A stretch of DNA of 64,000 bases from positions 2,400,001-2,464,000 of the forward strand of contig CBDCNP010000002.1 in the NCBI GenBank assembly GCA_965219415.1, read 5' to 3'. The notes beneath the pieces were generated by a model. The model did not search any database, had not been told where the DNA came from, and saw nothing but the letters and a program-made list of their open reading frames with translations. This DNA is from Candidatus Marinacidobacterales bacterium. GTDB taxonomy: Bacteria > Acidobacteriota > Vicinamibacteria > Marinacidobacterales > DATDRI01. Shown one piece after another: positions 38,081-48,500 of the stretch. The translations under genes and the position numbers were made by a program. Numbering within the stretch: position 1 is the first letter of the stretch; every line of letters starts with the position of its first letter.

Positions 38081-39025
38081 ATGTGGCGAATCATCATCAC
38101 TTTGGCTCTTCTAGGCGGGGTCGTTTTGGTGCCTGCCGGAACCGCACTCCCTCAGGAGCAAACGGACGGAGACCGGTTTCAGTTCAAGGTTGGCGTGGCG
38201 GCGGTGAATCTCAACGTCGTCGTCACCGACAAGAATGGGCGTTTCATCCCCGGCCTCACCGAAGCGGACTTCGAGGTTTACGAAAACAGCGTCCTTCAGG
38301 AGATCAGTTTTTTCAATCCTGAGGTCACACCAGTTACCGTACTCCTGCTGCTCGACGCGTCGACTAGCATCCGCCCCAGCGTGGAAGGCGTCAAGGAAGC
38401 GGCCGGTAATTTCGTCGGCAAGCTTTGGGAAGGCGACCAGGCGATCATCGGAGACTTCAATGAACGAGTCCGGTTCAGCACGTATTTCACGGATGACGTC
38501 GATCGATTGGTGGCCACGATTCAGTCGCTCTATCCTTCCGGATGGACGGCGCTCTACGACGCGATCCTGCTTTCCATTTTCAAGCTGGAGTCGGTGGAAG
38601 GGCGAAAGGCGCTGCTAGTCTTTACCGACGGTGACGATTCGCGGTCGATCGGAGTGGGGAGCGAAGCGACCAAGGACGATGCCATCGAAGGAGCCAAATT
38701 CTCGGAAGTGACGATCTATTCGGTAGGATTTCAAGGGCGTCGTGGTTTCGGTGGCGGCGGTGTCAACAAAGGTTTCCTCAAGAGATTGTCCAAGGACACG
38801 GGCGGTTCGGCCTTCTTTCCGAAAGGCATTGGCGAGCTCGACGATTCCTTCGATCGCATCCAAGACGAGCTCCATAGCCAGTACCGCTTGGCCTACGTTC
38901 CCCAGAACCCAACCCAAGACGGGCTCTGGAGGCCGATCGAAGTTCGCATCAAGGACAAGCGCGACCTCGTCGTGCGTACGCGCACCGGCTACTATGCGGT
39001 TCCTCCGGTCGGAGTGGAGCCCTAG
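38081..39025 (+). CDS. Exported VWA-domain protein (acidobacterial VWFA-related type)
   Basis: Signal peptide, VTDKNGRFIPGLTEADFEVYEN, DASTS MIDAS motif, TALYDA, RKALLVFTDG, QYRLAY and VRTRTGYYA. Confidence 0.88.
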   Translation: MWRIIITLALLGGVVLVPAGTALPQEQTDGDRFQFKVGVAAVNLNVVVTDKNGRFIPGLTEADFEVYENSVLQEISFFNPEVTPVTVLLLLDASTSIRPSVEGVKEAAGNFVGKLWEGDQAIIGDFNERVRFSTYFTDDVDRLVATIQSLYPSGWTALYDAILLSIFKLESVEGRKALLVFTDGDDSRSIGVGSEATKDDAIEGAKFSEVTIYSVGFQGRRGFGGGGVNKGFLKRLSKDTGGSAFFPKGIGELDDSFDRIQDELHSQYRLAYVPQNPTQDGLWRPIEVRIKDKRDLVVRTRTGYYAVPPVGVEP

Positions 39026-39104
39026 CTCTATACCCGGCCGTCCGAGCCCCCCTACGCCCTATCCCCTCCCAACCCGACGCCTAGCACCGTGCTAGAATCG
39101 CCGC

Positions 39105-39650
39105 ATGTGTGCAAGGGAGCTCGCGAAGCGGTTGCATCACCGAGTCGCTTACCGCGGGCGCATCCTTACTCTCGAAGTGGATCGAGTCTCTGAACCTGGG
39201 GGCGTGGAGGTCGAGCGGGAGGTGGTACGCCACGCCGGCTCGGCAGTCATCCTACCTATCGTTCCCGACGGTCGTCTAGTTTTCGTACGGCAGTATCGCT
39301 ACGCGGTCGACTCCTTCTTGTGGGAATTGCCCGCCGGTCATATCGATGCCGGTGAGTCGGCAGAGGAAACCGCCCGCCGCGAGTTGGTGGAAGAGACCGG
39401 GTATTTCCCTCACCGGTTGGAGAAACTCCTCGAGTTTTACCCAGCGCCTGGCTTCACCGATGAACTGATGCATCTCTTCCGGGCCACTGAGCTCGAAAAG
39501 AAGACACCTCTTCCAGAGGAAGACGAAAGGATCGAGGTTCGTCTCTTCACTCCCCAAGAAGCACTTCAAATGGTTGCCGGGCACGAGTTCAAGGATGCCA
39601 AGACCCTCGTTGGCCTATCGATGCTCGAGGAGCGTCTGGAACGGCACTAG
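39105..39650 (+). CDS. NUDIX hydrolase (ADP-ribose pyrophosphatase-like)
   Basis: RQYRY, ELPAGHIDAGESAEETARRELVEETG, PGFTDE and DAKT. Confidence 0.9.
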   Translation: MCARELAKRLHHRVAYRGRILTLEVDRVSEPGGVEVEREVVRHAGSAVILPIVPDGRLVFVRQYRYAVDSFLWELPAGHIDAGESAEETARRELVEETGYFPHRLEKLLEFYPAPGFTDELMHLFRATELEKKTPLPEEDERIEVRLFTPQEALQMVAGHEFKDAKTLVGLSMLEERLERH

Positions 39651-39652
39651 CC

Positions 39653-42229
39653 TTGCGCCAACAAATTTTCGAAAAACTTCTGGGCGCCGCCGCCGGGGCT
39701 TCGACGGCCACCGCGGTAGTCCTTCGATCGACGCTTCGCGTGCCCGTCTCGGAAGCGATCACGCGACCTACCGTCGTAGCGTCGCTGCCTTCCCTGGGTT
39801 GGTGGTTCTTTGCATTCGCGATCGGAGCGCTGGCGGGAGCCGTCGTCGGTCGTCATCTCGCCAGGCGTGGAGCTGCGAACATTCTCTACCCCCTCTTGCT
39901 GCCCGGCCTCGCTAACCTCGCATACGTGCCGGGCGCCCTGTCCATAGTGCCTTTCCTGTCGGTGTTTTGTGGGCCGCTCCTCGATCTGCTGCTGTTGGGG
40001 AGCCTGGCGATGGTCCTGTGGCTAGCCGCTGAGCACTTCGGGATCGTGCCATCCTTCTCCGCGAACCAAGTCGCGGTGGCCGCGCTCGGAGTCTATCTCC
40101 TGGTGGGCTACCGCGCTCAAGCGGAAGTGGGTCTAACCGGTGACGAACCACACTATCTATTGATCGTTCATAGTTTGCTTCGCGATCAAGATCTGCGAGT
40201 CGCGGACGACTACGCGGAGGGAAGCTTCCGCGAGTTCTACGATGGCAAGATAGGTCCCCATCTTGCTCATGGAACGCCCCACTCCGTGCACGGCATTGGC
40301 ATGCCTCTTCTACTATTCCCAGGGTACGCCCTGCTCGGGTTGTTGGGTGTGCTTTTGACCGAGGCGGCTCTTGGGGCGTTTGCCGTTCGCGAGCTGTTCC
40401 GAGCCGTTGAGCAGTTGACCGAAGATCGTGGGGCGGCACTGTTGGCCTCAGCCGGCTTCGGGGTGACCGTGCCGACTCTGTTCCTAGCCACCGCCGCCTA
40501 TCCGGAGTCGGCGGTGGCAACGTTGGCGATCGCGCTTTTTCGTCGTTGGGTCTCGTCAGCGCCACCGACCTCGATGGGTGCCGCGGGATGGGGACTGGCT
40601 TTCGGATCGCTTCCCTTCTTTCATATCAAGTTCTTTCCTCTTGCGGCGGTGTTCCTTGCGGGCTCTCTGATTCTCTGGCCGAAGAACCGAAAGACAATTG
40701 TGGCCGGGACGGCGGTTGCTCTTCTAGGGTTCATTACGTTTTGTTACATGTTGCTGGGAAGCCCGAACCCGCTTGCCTCCTACGGCACGCAGCGCATCTT
40801 CTGGGAACGCATTCCCCTTGGGCTCGCGGGTTTGTTTTTCGATCAGGAGTTCGGCCTTCTAGTCTCGTCGCCTTTCTACATCTTCGCGGTGGCAGCAATG
40901 GGACGCTACGTTCGACTCCAACCGGTCTCGGGTTGGCTCCTCTTCGCGACATTGGGTGCGGTGGCACTTCCAGGGGCCGCGCATCCTTTGTGGTCGGGAG
41001 GCAGCTCGGCTCCGGCGCGCTTCTTGTTTCCCGCGCTGCCTTTGCTGGCGGTAGCGGCAGGTGCGGTATGGAGTTGGGAGCCACGTCGCGGAATTCAACC
41101 GTGGGTGCGAACGCTTCTCATCGTGAGTGTTCTCTTCGGCGCCTACGCTGCGTCGTTCCCGGGTAAGTTCCTGTACCTCAACCAGAGAGATGGTACCAGC
41201 CGGCTCTTGGAGTCGCTCGGAGCTTCGTGGGATCTGACCCATTACTTTCCATCGCTGGTACGGGCAGACCCGCGGTCGTTTGCGTTGGCTTTCGTGTGTG
41301 CCGGGATTCTGCTCCTGGTTGCTGGCCTACAATTTTCACCCGGGCGTTTTCGGTTGCCGCCCATCGTTTTTCCCTTGCTGTTCGCGACATGCCTGGTGGA
41401 CTTCATTTCGCCGGGTCGAGCTCCGGAGAATGCGCCCGCCCGTTGGATGGAGGACCTCTTGTGGGGACTCCAGGGCCGGGAAGCGGATCGTTTCGTCAAG
41501 CTGCCGACTGTACACTCGGCCGAGTACGGGGAGGTTCTCGGACTCGTGGACCTGCCATTGCGGGAGGCGACGAGGTCCAGTCGCGATCAACGGGAGCAAA
41601 TCGATCATTGGCAGACTGCGCCGATCCGTCTCCCGCCGGGTGAGTTCGTGGTGAGCTCGCACGCGACGGGAGAAGTCCAGCTATGTAACGGCGAGGGTTG
41701 TTTCAAGTCTTCCCGATTGGGGCAAGGCTTCCGAACGGGTGTCGGACTAGCCCGTTTTCACGTTCGTAGCGGCGCAGCGGGCCTAAACTTTCGCCTGCGA
41801 CCGGAAAGGCTTTTCGGCAAGGCGGCGACGGCACTCAAGTCTCTTGCGCTCGAGAGGGGGCTCCGCCTTCATTCTCTGGACGACAACGTCTTCTTCGAGC
41901 CTCGAGGCTTTTGGGTTCGAGCTGGGGCGCGAGCACATTTCGTCTTGGAGGATCGCCGGGACGTCGAAGTGTTCTTGTCCCTGGCGAACGGAGGCAGGGA
42001 GAACTGGGTCGAACTGGAACAGCCGGACAAGGTACTGCAGTTCTCACTCCGTCCGTTCGAGACGAAACGGGTCCAGGTGTCGCTCGAGGACGGGCTCGCG
42101 TCCATGACGGTGACGTCGGCTAGCGGCTTTCGTCCTGCCGAGCTCGATCCAGCCAATGACGACCATCGCCGATTGGGTGTCTTCCTGACCGCTCCCGTCT
42201 TTGACTTATCGAGGGAACCTTCCAGATAA
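39653..42229 (+). CDS. Polytopic membrane protein, probable GT-C glycosyltransferase with C-terminal periplasmic domains
   Basis: Many TM helices, TGDEPHYL first-loop motif, YPE, HIK, GLFFDQEFGLL and PARFL. Confidence 0.7.
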   Translation: MRQQIFEKLLGAAAGASTATAVVLRSTLRVPVSEAITRPTVVASLPSLGWWFFAFAIGALAGAVVGRHLARRGAANILYPLLLPGLANLAYVPGALSIVPFLSVFCGPLLDLLLLGSLAMVLWLAAEHFGIVPSFSANQVAVAALGVYLLVGYRAQAEVGLTGDEPHYLLIVHSLLRDQDLRVADDYAEGSFREFYDGKIGPHLAHGTPHSVHGIGMPLLLFPGYALLGLLGVLLTEAALGAFAVRELFRAVEQLTEDRGAALLASAGFGVTVPTLFLATAAYPESAVATLAIALFRRWVSSAPPTSMGAAGWGLAFGSLPFFHIKFFPLAAVFLAGSLILWPKNRKTIVAGTAVALLGFITFCYMLLGSPNPLASYGTQRIFWERIPLGLAGLFFDQEFGLLVSSPFYIFAVAAMGRYVRLQPVSGWLLFATLGAVALPGAAHPLWSGGSSAPARFLFPALPLLAVAAGAVWSWEPRRGIQPWVRTLLIVSVLFGAYAASFPGKFLYLNQRDGTSRLLESLGASWDLTHYFPSLVRADPRSFALAFVCAGILLLVAGLQFSPGRFRLPPIVFPLLFATCLVDFISPGRAPENAPARWMEDLLWGLQGREADRFVKLPTVHSAEYGEVLGLVDLPLREATRSSRDQREQIDHWQTAPIRLPPGEFVVSSHATGEVQLCNGEGCFKSSRLGQGFRTGVGLARFHVRSGAAGLNFRLRPERLFGKAATALKSLALERGLRLHSLDDNVFFEPRGFWVRAGARAHFVLEDRRDVEVFLSLANGGRENWVELEQPDKVLQFSLRPFETKRVQVSLEDGLASMTVTSASGFRPAELDPANDDHRRLGVFLTAPVFDLSREPSR

Positions 42230-42305
42230 TAAGGAGCGCATTTCCCGGGCTCGCGCTCCATCGGAGCCTGAGCGTTATCGGGATTCGAATAGGAGAACAT
42301 CTAGA

Positions 42306-43139
42306 TTGGTCATCGACGCGAGGAAGAAAAACGGTTTCTTCTCCGGACCCGCACCGCGCCTCTTTGCTCATCGTGGAGCCAGCGCGCTGGCCCCCGAGAA
42401 CACTATCGAGTCCTTTCGACTCGCGGGAGCCGCTGGCGCCCCGTACCTGGAGCTGGACGTTCACCTGACCTCCGATGGGCACGTGGTTGTTATCCACGAC
42501 AACTCGGTGTCTCGAACCACCGGACGCCGCGGCAGAGTGGAGAAGTTGACGCTCGCGGGGATCCGCCGCCTGGATGCCGGGCACGAGTTTACGCTGGACC
42601 GTGGCCGCTCTTACCCCTATCGGGGAAAGGGTTTGGTGATCCCGACGCTCGAAGAAGTCTTGCAGGAGTTTCCCAATGCGCGATTCACCATCGAAATCAA
42701 GAAGACGCGCAGGGGAATCGGCGCCGCGGTCCTCGAGGTCATCCGCGGCTGCCAAGCGTCGGAGAGGGTTCTGGTGGCATCCCATGAACACCAGCACCTA
42801 AAGGAGTTTCGATCTCTGGACGGAGATGTTCCTACTAGTTTCAGTAAGACCGAAGTCCGCGAGTTCCTAGCATGGCTCAGGGGAGGCGCCGCTGACGGGT
42901 ATCGGGCTCCGGGCGAAGCTCTGCAGGTTCCGGAATACTTCGGCCTGCGGCGAGTAACGTCCGTGAACTTCATAGAGGCCGCGCATCGACTCGATCTGGA
43001 GGTTCACGTTTGGACCGTCAACGAGCCGGTTCACATCAAACGTTTGTTGGGTTGGGGAGTCGACGGGATCATGACCGATGACCCGGCTCGTGCCGTCGCT
43101 TCGGTGGACGAGCTGGCGAACGTCGGCGGAAGAGTTTAG
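42306..43139 (+). CDS. Glycerophosphodiester phosphodiesterase
   Basis: AHRGA..PENT, ELDVH, VIHD, IEIK, VWTVN and GIMTDDP; TTG start after GGAG. Confidence 0.92.
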   Translation: MVIDARKKNGFFSGPAPRLFAHRGASALAPENTIESFRLAGAAGAPYLELDVHLTSDGHVVVIHDNSVSRTTGRRGRVEKLTLAGIRRLDAGHEFTLDRGRSYPYRGKGLVIPTLEEVLQEFPNARFTIEIKKTRRGIGAAVLEVIRGCQASERVLVASHEHQHLKEFRSLDGDVPTSFSKTEVREFLAWLRGGAADGYRAPGEALQVPEYFGLRRVTSVNFIEAAHRLDLEVHVWTVNEPVHIKRLLGWGVDGIMTDDPARAVASVDELANVGGRV

Positions 43140-43141
43140 GT

Positions 43142-43654
43142 TTGCAGCGCGCCGCCCCATTCGTACTACTGCTTGTCATCGGTGTTTCGGCCTGCCTCGA
43201 CCGGACCGAGATACCTACCATCGGTCAGCCCGTACCCGAAGTGATTCTTCCCGATCTGGAAGGGCGGACCGTTCGCCTCTCCGATTTCCGCGGCGAGGTC
43301 GTGGTGTTGAATTTCTGGGCGACGTGGTGTCCGCCCTGCGTCGAAGAAATGCCGTCCCTACAGAAGCTCCAACAGGCGTTGGGCAAAAAAGGTCTCAAAG
43401 TGCTGGCGGCCTCGGTCGACGAGAATCTGCAGGATGTGGCGCGCTTTCGAGAGGACTACGATCTGGGCTTGCCCATTCTCCATGATCGGGGCGGAAAGAT
43501 CGCCCATCGCTTCTCTACGTTCAAGTACCCAGAAACCTATGTGGTGGATCGTGACGGAAAGTTGGTCGCGAAGATCATCGGGCCGCGAGACTGGGTTTCC
43601 CCGACTGTGATTCGCGACTTCGTCCGACTACTGCACGACGAAGACGGGGTGTAG
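43142..43654 (+). CDS. TlpA/ResA-like thioredoxin lipoprotein
   Basis: VSAC lipobox, LNFWATWCPPCVEEMP and YPETY. Confidence 0.9.
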   Translation: MQRAAPFVLLLVIGVSACLDRTEIPTIGQPVPEVILPDLEGRTVRLSDFRGEVVVLNFWATWCPPCVEEMPSLQKLQQALGKKGLKVLAASVDENLQDVARFREDYDLGLPILHDRGGKIAHRFSTFKYPETYVVDRDGKLVAKIIGPRDWVSPTVIRDFVRLLHDEDGV

Positions 43655-43662
43655 AGGCGCCT

Positions 43663-44262
43663 ATGCACATCACAAGACAGATCGCTCAACAGCTGGCGAT
43701 GGAGCTCGGTGAGCCCGCGGTAGAGGTTTGGAGCTTCGATATGCAAGACGAGGAGTACGCCCTGCTGCGAAAGCACATCGAGTTGCGGCGAACTCACGAC
43801 GTCACGGTACTGGTACTTCGGGGCGACGAGTTGGCCGTGATCCGCAAGCCCAAGTACCCGCCGGAGGCTTATCGCGCGCCTTCCGGGGGGATTCATCCCG
43901 AGGAGTCGTTCTTGGATGGGGCGACGAGAGAGACTTGGGAGGAGACCGGACTGAAGGCCGAGATCGATGGCTATTTGATGCGTGTTCACGTGAGTTTCAA
44001 CCACGGAGGTGAGACCTCACAGTGGACCACTCATGTCATGGTAGCCAAGCCCGCGCCGGGCAGTGAAGGCGACCTCGCGCCGGTGGACAAGAACGAAATC
44101 GAGTCCGCTCGATGGGTGAGCTGGGATGAGCTGATCGACAAAGTGAATCCCATCCTGGTCAAGAGTGGGCTCGGCGGCCTGGCCTACCGCGCCCGGGTTC
44201 ACGAGAGGGCCCGGGAACTGCTGCTCGCATCGAAACAGCCACCTTCCGAAAGCCCCTCGTAG
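43663..44262 (+). CDS. NUDIX hydrolase
   Basis: PSGGIHPEESFLDGATRETWEETG. Confidence 0.85.
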   Translation: MHITRQIAQQLAMELGEPAVEVWSFDMQDEEYALLRKHIELRRTHDVTVLVLRGDELAVIRKPKYPPEAYRAPSGGIHPEESFLDGATRETWEETGLKAEIDGYLMRVHVSFNHGGETSQWTTHVMVAKPAPGSEGDLAPVDKNEIESARWVSWDELIDKVNPILVKSGLGGLAYRARVHERARELLLASKQPPSESPS

Positions 44263-44356
44263 CACCGTTCCAACCGTTCCAACTGAGGTCGCACACCTTC
44301 TCATAAATCCCTCTCTTTTCGGAAGATGGTAAGATTTCCATTCGTAGTACCATCTC

Positions 44357-46255
44357 ATGGCTATCCGGATCAGCGTCTTCCTCGTTGTCACAGGACTGGG
44401 TGCTCTCGCTCCCGTGTTGAGCGGTTGGATCGAACCGCGCATCCATTTCAACTTCGGCCCCGGCGACCATGACTACCTCACGGGCTACGAGCCACGCTGG
44501 GAAATCGATCCCGATGGAGTCGCAACACACTGGAGTAGCTACCAAAGCAACGTGCGTCTGCCGCTGCGGCTCGCAGGCGCGCGATTCGAGTTGAAGTACC
44601 GTTTTTCTCGCGTGTACGGCGAGACCGCGGAAGTCGAACTCCGCGTCAACGGGGTTCCGGCCGATCAGTTCTCGGTCCGTGGGGACACTTACTACGAGCG
44701 GTCGGTGGCCATTCCGGGAAGTGTCCTAAGTAGTCAAGCACTCGATGTCGAGCTGGTGGTGGACTCACACGAAAGAAAAAACCGTGGCCTTCGGATGGAC
44801 TGGATGCGTCTCGAGCCCCAGGACCGGGGCGGCCGCGTCGTTCCGGAAAATACGGTCCTCCTCTGGAGCGCCTTGCTCTCAGTCGCTTTTTGGCTATTGG
44901 CCCGGATTTGTCTGAGAGGCGATCGATGGCCGTTCCTAATCGGGGCGAGCCTTCCCGCTAGTTTGACATTATACGGTGGTCTGGCGGGTCCCTTCGCACT
45001 GGGTCACGTGCTCGACGCTTTGATCTTCCCCGGGCTCGTCGTGACCCTCGCGGCCATGTTCTTGTCGCTCTGGGCAAGGAACGTCGGGGCTTCGCTTCTT
45101 CCCGTAGTTTTTGTGGTGGCTTTTCTCGTGAGGGCTGGAGGACTGTTTCATCCACTCTACTACCATCCCGATCTACGTTCGCATGCCGATCTGACGAAGA
45201 TCGTCTCGGAAGCGGGGCTCGATTTCTGGGCGCAGCCCTCTCACTACATCGCCAAGCAGGGAGTGTGGACGCAGGGGGCGATGGGTAGGACTTACGCGTT
45301 TCCCTTCTCGCCGGTATTTCATTCTCTTTTCCTACCGTTTGACCTCGACTTCTTCACGCTGATCGCGGCTATGAAGTTGGTCGCGTGCTTTCTCTCTGCG
45401 CTCGAGGTCCTGATCCTCTTCTACCTCGGCCGCCGGTTGGGAGGAACCGAAGTGGGTTTGTGGGGCGCGGCTCTGGCCGCCTTCTCGCCCGCGGCCCTTT
45501 CCCGGCTCTCCTTCGCGTTCCTGGCGGCGGTGTTCGCGCATTTTCTGGACACCCTTGTACTAGCCTCTCTCTTCCACAGAGAGTCGAACGGGAAGTCCCA
45601 TCTGTGGCTGACTCTGGCTCTGCTGACTTTGGCCCTCGTGTCCTATCCGGGAAGTCTGGTGAGCTTCGGTATCTTCTTCCCTGCGTTCGGACTCCTCCTC
45701 GTGGTTCGTACTGGCCCCGGTTTACGCCGAGATGGGCTCGCGCTATTGGCCGGATCGGCTGGAGTCGCAGTGATCACCATGGCGGTTGTCTACCGAGAGT
45801 TCGTGGGCGTGTTTTTGTCGGAACTGGTTCCACTCTTTCTAGCGGGGGAGTCGGAGGGTGGGAGCGTCTCTCTCGGAGGAACGACATCCTCGTTGATACG
45901 AAGATATTGGATTTTCTACGGCGGAGTCTACATTCCCTTGGTCGCGGGAGGCGCGCTGGTTTGGTTTTTGCAAAGACCTGGCCCCTTTCTATCTCGCCTC
46001 TTGCTGGCTTGGGCCTTTACGTTCGTTACTCTTATCTTTCTGCGGTCGAGCGCTCCCGATCTCTTCAATAAGGTCAAGGAGATTCTCTGGGTAGCTCCGT
46101 TGATCTCGTTGGCGGGGGCAACCGCGCTCGCCTGGGCTCGTCGCTCACTTCCTCGTGGGAGGTGGATCACCGCGTCCTATTACTCGCTGGTCGTCTACTA
46201 CGGCATCAGCTTCTACGTCTCTTCCATCGCGGAGAAGTTCACCCTCGCCAGGTAA
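44357..46255 (+). CDS. Polytopic membrane protein, possible GT-C glycosyltransferase with N-terminal beta domain
   Basis: N-terminal periplasmic domain, then YHPDLRSH, FPFSP and about 11 TM helices; glycosylation gene context. Confidence 0.55.
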   Translation: MAIRISVFLVVTGLGALAPVLSGWIEPRIHFNFGPGDHDYLTGYEPRWEIDPDGVATHWSSYQSNVRLPLRLAGARFELKYRFSRVYGETAEVELRVNGVPADQFSVRGDTYYERSVAIPGSVLSSQALDVELVVDSHERKNRGLRMDWMRLEPQDRGGRVVPENTVLLWSALLSVAFWLLARICLRGDRWPFLIGASLPASLTLYGGLAGPFALGHVLDALIFPGLVVTLAAMFLSLWARNVGASLLPVVFVVAFLVRAGGLFHPLYYHPDLRSHADLTKIVSEAGLDFWAQPSHYIAKQGVWTQGAMGRTYAFPFSPVFHSLFLPFDLDFFTLIAAMKLVACFLSALEVLILFYLGRRLGGTEVGLWGAALAAFSPAALSRLSFAFLAAVFAHFLDTLVLASLFHRESNGKSHLWLTLALLTLALVSYPGSLVSFGIFFPAFGLLLVVRTGPGLRRDGLALLAGSAGVAVITMAVVYREFVGVFLSELVPLFLAGESEGGSVSLGGTTSSLIRRYWIFYGGVYIPLVAGGALVWFLQRPGPFLSRLLLAWAFTFVTLIFLRSSAPDLFNKVKEILWVAPLISLAGATALAWARRSLPRGRWITASYYSLVVYYGISFYVSSIAEKFTLAR

Positions 46256-46373
46256 GAAGCGTCAAGAAGTGTCAAGGGAATGTCGGGAGGTTTGACTTGG
46301 AAGCGGGAGACGAGGCAAGCTGAACGCCTTTTGCGACATGGCACGGAGTCGTTCTTGAGGAAATGGAGCTAGC

Positions 46374-47699
46374 TTGAGGATCGTCATTATTGGTGCGGGT
46401 GTCATGGGTCTCGCTTCGGCCTACGAGCTCCTACAAGACGGCCATGAAGTCACGGTTCTAGAGACCGCACCAGCTCCGGGTGGACTGGCTGGGTCTTTCG
46501 ATTTTGACGGAACTCAAGTAGAGAAGTTCTATCACTTCATCTGTGGGGCCGACGACGCCTACTTCCGATGGCTAAAACGGCTCGGCCTAGCGGACCGGCT
46601 ACGTTGGAAGCGGACCGGGATGGCGATGTACAACGACGGTCGGTTGCATCCCTTCGGGGATCCACTGTCGCTGCTTCGATTCGCGCCGCTATCGATGTTG
46701 TCCCGGCTTCGATACGGGTTTCACATCCTGTCGGCCAAACGTCGAAAAGACTGGAAGGCGCTGGAGGATGTACGTGCCCGGGAGTGGCTACTGCGGGGTG
46801 AGGGGGAGGAGTCGTACCGGGTAGTCTGGGAGCCTCTGCTTCGAGAGAAGTTCGCAGAGGAGACCGATAGCCTTTCGGCGGCCTGGATTTGGAGCCGCAT
46901 CCGCCGTTTGGGAAGCTCGCGGAGAGGTTTCTTCGAGGAGTGGCTGGGCTACGTCGAAGGCGGGGGATCACAAGTCCTGGTAAATGCGCTCGTAAACGCC
47001 ATCGAGTCTCAGGGTGGTGTGATTCAATGCGAAACGTCCGCCGAGGAAATAGCTCTCGAGAACGGTTGGGCGATCGGCGTGCGGGCCGGGGGGCGGGACT
47101 ATCCGGCCGATGCACTCCTGTCTACGATCCCGCTTCCGATCCTGGTTCGGATCGGACAGAACCTTCCCGAAGAGTATCGTCGGGCCGCGCTGGATCTAGG
47201 GAATATCGGGGTTCGCTGTATCATCTTAAAAACGAAAAAACGCGTGACGCCCTACTTTTGGGTGAACGTCAACGACGACGCGGTGCCCGTCGTCGGCCTC
47301 ATCGAGTACACCAACCTCAACCCACCGGAAGCCTTCGGTGGCCATCATTTGATCTACTCTCCAAAATATGTCTCTTCGGAAGACCCCGAGTATCGCCGCC
47401 CCGACGACGAGGTCTTCGAGGAAACGGTCCAGGCCATTTCCGAAATCCGCCCTGGCTTCGATCGTGAGTCGGTGCTTGCTTACCGCGTCTTTCGAGCGCC
47501 GCATGCCCAGCCGATTTGTCCCGTGGGTTTCTCGCGTCGACTCGCTCCCATCCGGACTCCCGTACCGAATCTAGTGGCTGGAGATACCTCGCATCTACTT
47601 CCCCACGATCGCTCGATCTCAGATAGCCTGGCCCTCTCGGAGCGGCTCACCGCAGCTATGCGGGAAGTCGTTGCCATGCCTCGCGAGGGGATTGCATAG
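46374..47699 (+). CDS. FAD-dependent oxidoreductase (amine oxidase/protoporphyrinogen oxidase-like fold)
   Basis: IIGAGVMGL, PGGLAGS, EKFYHF and AQPI motifs. Confidence 0.85.
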   Translation: MRIVIIGAGVMGLASAYELLQDGHEVTVLETAPAPGGLAGSFDFDGTQVEKFYHFICGADDAYFRWLKRLGLADRLRWKRTGMAMYNDGRLHPFGDPLSLLRFAPLSMLSRLRYGFHILSAKRRKDWKALEDVRAREWLLRGEGEESYRVVWEPLLREKFAEETDSLSAAWIWSRIRRLGSSRRGFFEEWLGYVEGGGSQVLVNALVNAIESQGGVIQCETSAEEIALENGWAIGVRAGGRDYPADALLSTIPLPILVRIGQNLPEEYRRAALDLGNIGVRCIILKTKKRVTPYFWVNVNDDAVPVVGLIEYTNLNPPEAFGGHHLIYSPKYVSSEDPEYRRPDDEVFEETVQAISEIRPGFDRESVLAYRVFRAPHAQPICPVGFSRRLAPIRTPVPNLVAGDTSHLLPHDRSISDSLALSERLTAAMREVVAMPREGIA

Positions 47700-47753
47700 C
47701 AAGCGTGGTCTCAAGTTCTGGCACCCGCACGGGATGTGCTACCCTCATTCCGG

Positions 47754-48485
47754 ATGAGCGAAAGCTCACGCCTATCGGTCGTCATACCCGCCTACAACGA
47801 AGCAACGCGGATCGGACCGACGCTGGACCGTGTGCTCGCATACATGACGTCGCGGGGCGAGTCCTTCGAAGTCCTGGTCGTCGATGATGGTAGCGCGGAT
47901 GAAACCATCTCGACCGTCGCACGACGCGAGGATGCCGAGGTAAGAGTGCTCGTCTTGGGGGCGAATAAGGGGAAGGGAGCGGCCGTCCGCCGTGGCGTCG
48001 AGGAGAGCACCGGAGAGCTCATCTTGATCACGGATGCCGACCTTGCGGCACCCATCGAAGACCTCGAGCGGTTGGAGCCCTTTGCACGAAACGGTCATGC
48101 CGTGGTGTGCGGCTCTCGAGCACTTGCCGAATCGGACATTCGCATTCGCCAGCCCTTTTATCGAGATCGAATGGGAAAGATGTTCAACTTCATCGTTCGC
48201 TCGCTTGGATTGTCGACGTTCCACGATACGCAATGCGGCTTCAAACTGTTGCGAGCCGGTGAGGCTCGCGAGATATTCGCCCGTGCCCACATCGATCGTT
48301 TCGCCTTCGACGTGGAGATCCTTTACCTGGCGGAACAGCTCGGTTTCAAGACCGCGGAGGTGCCCGTCTCCTGGCAGCACGTTCCGGAGAGCCGGGTGCA
48401 CGCGGTCTTAGATTCCGCCCGGATGCTTTGGGACGTCATCGCGCTCAGACTACGCGCCGGCGGGATTCGCCCGCGTCGACCTTGA
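47754..48485 (+). CDS. GT2 polyprenyl-phosphate glycosyltransferase (dolichyl-phosphate glucose synthase-like)
   Basis: VIPAYNE, VDDGS, NKGKG, TDAD, DTQCGFK and FAFDVE. Confidence 0.9.
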   Translation: MSESSRLSVVIPAYNEATRIGPTLDRVLAYMTSRGESFEVLVVDDGSADETISTVARREDAEVRVLVLGANKGKGAAVRRGVEESTGELILITDADLAAPIEDLERLEPFARNGHAVVCGSRALAESDIRIRQPFYRDRMGKMFNFIVRSLGLSTFHDTQCGFKLLRAGEAREIFARAHIDRFAFDVEILYLAEQLGFKTAEVPVSWQHVPESRVHAVLDSARMLWDVIALRLRAGGIRPRRP

Positions 48486-48500
48486 GCTAGTGCCCTAGGC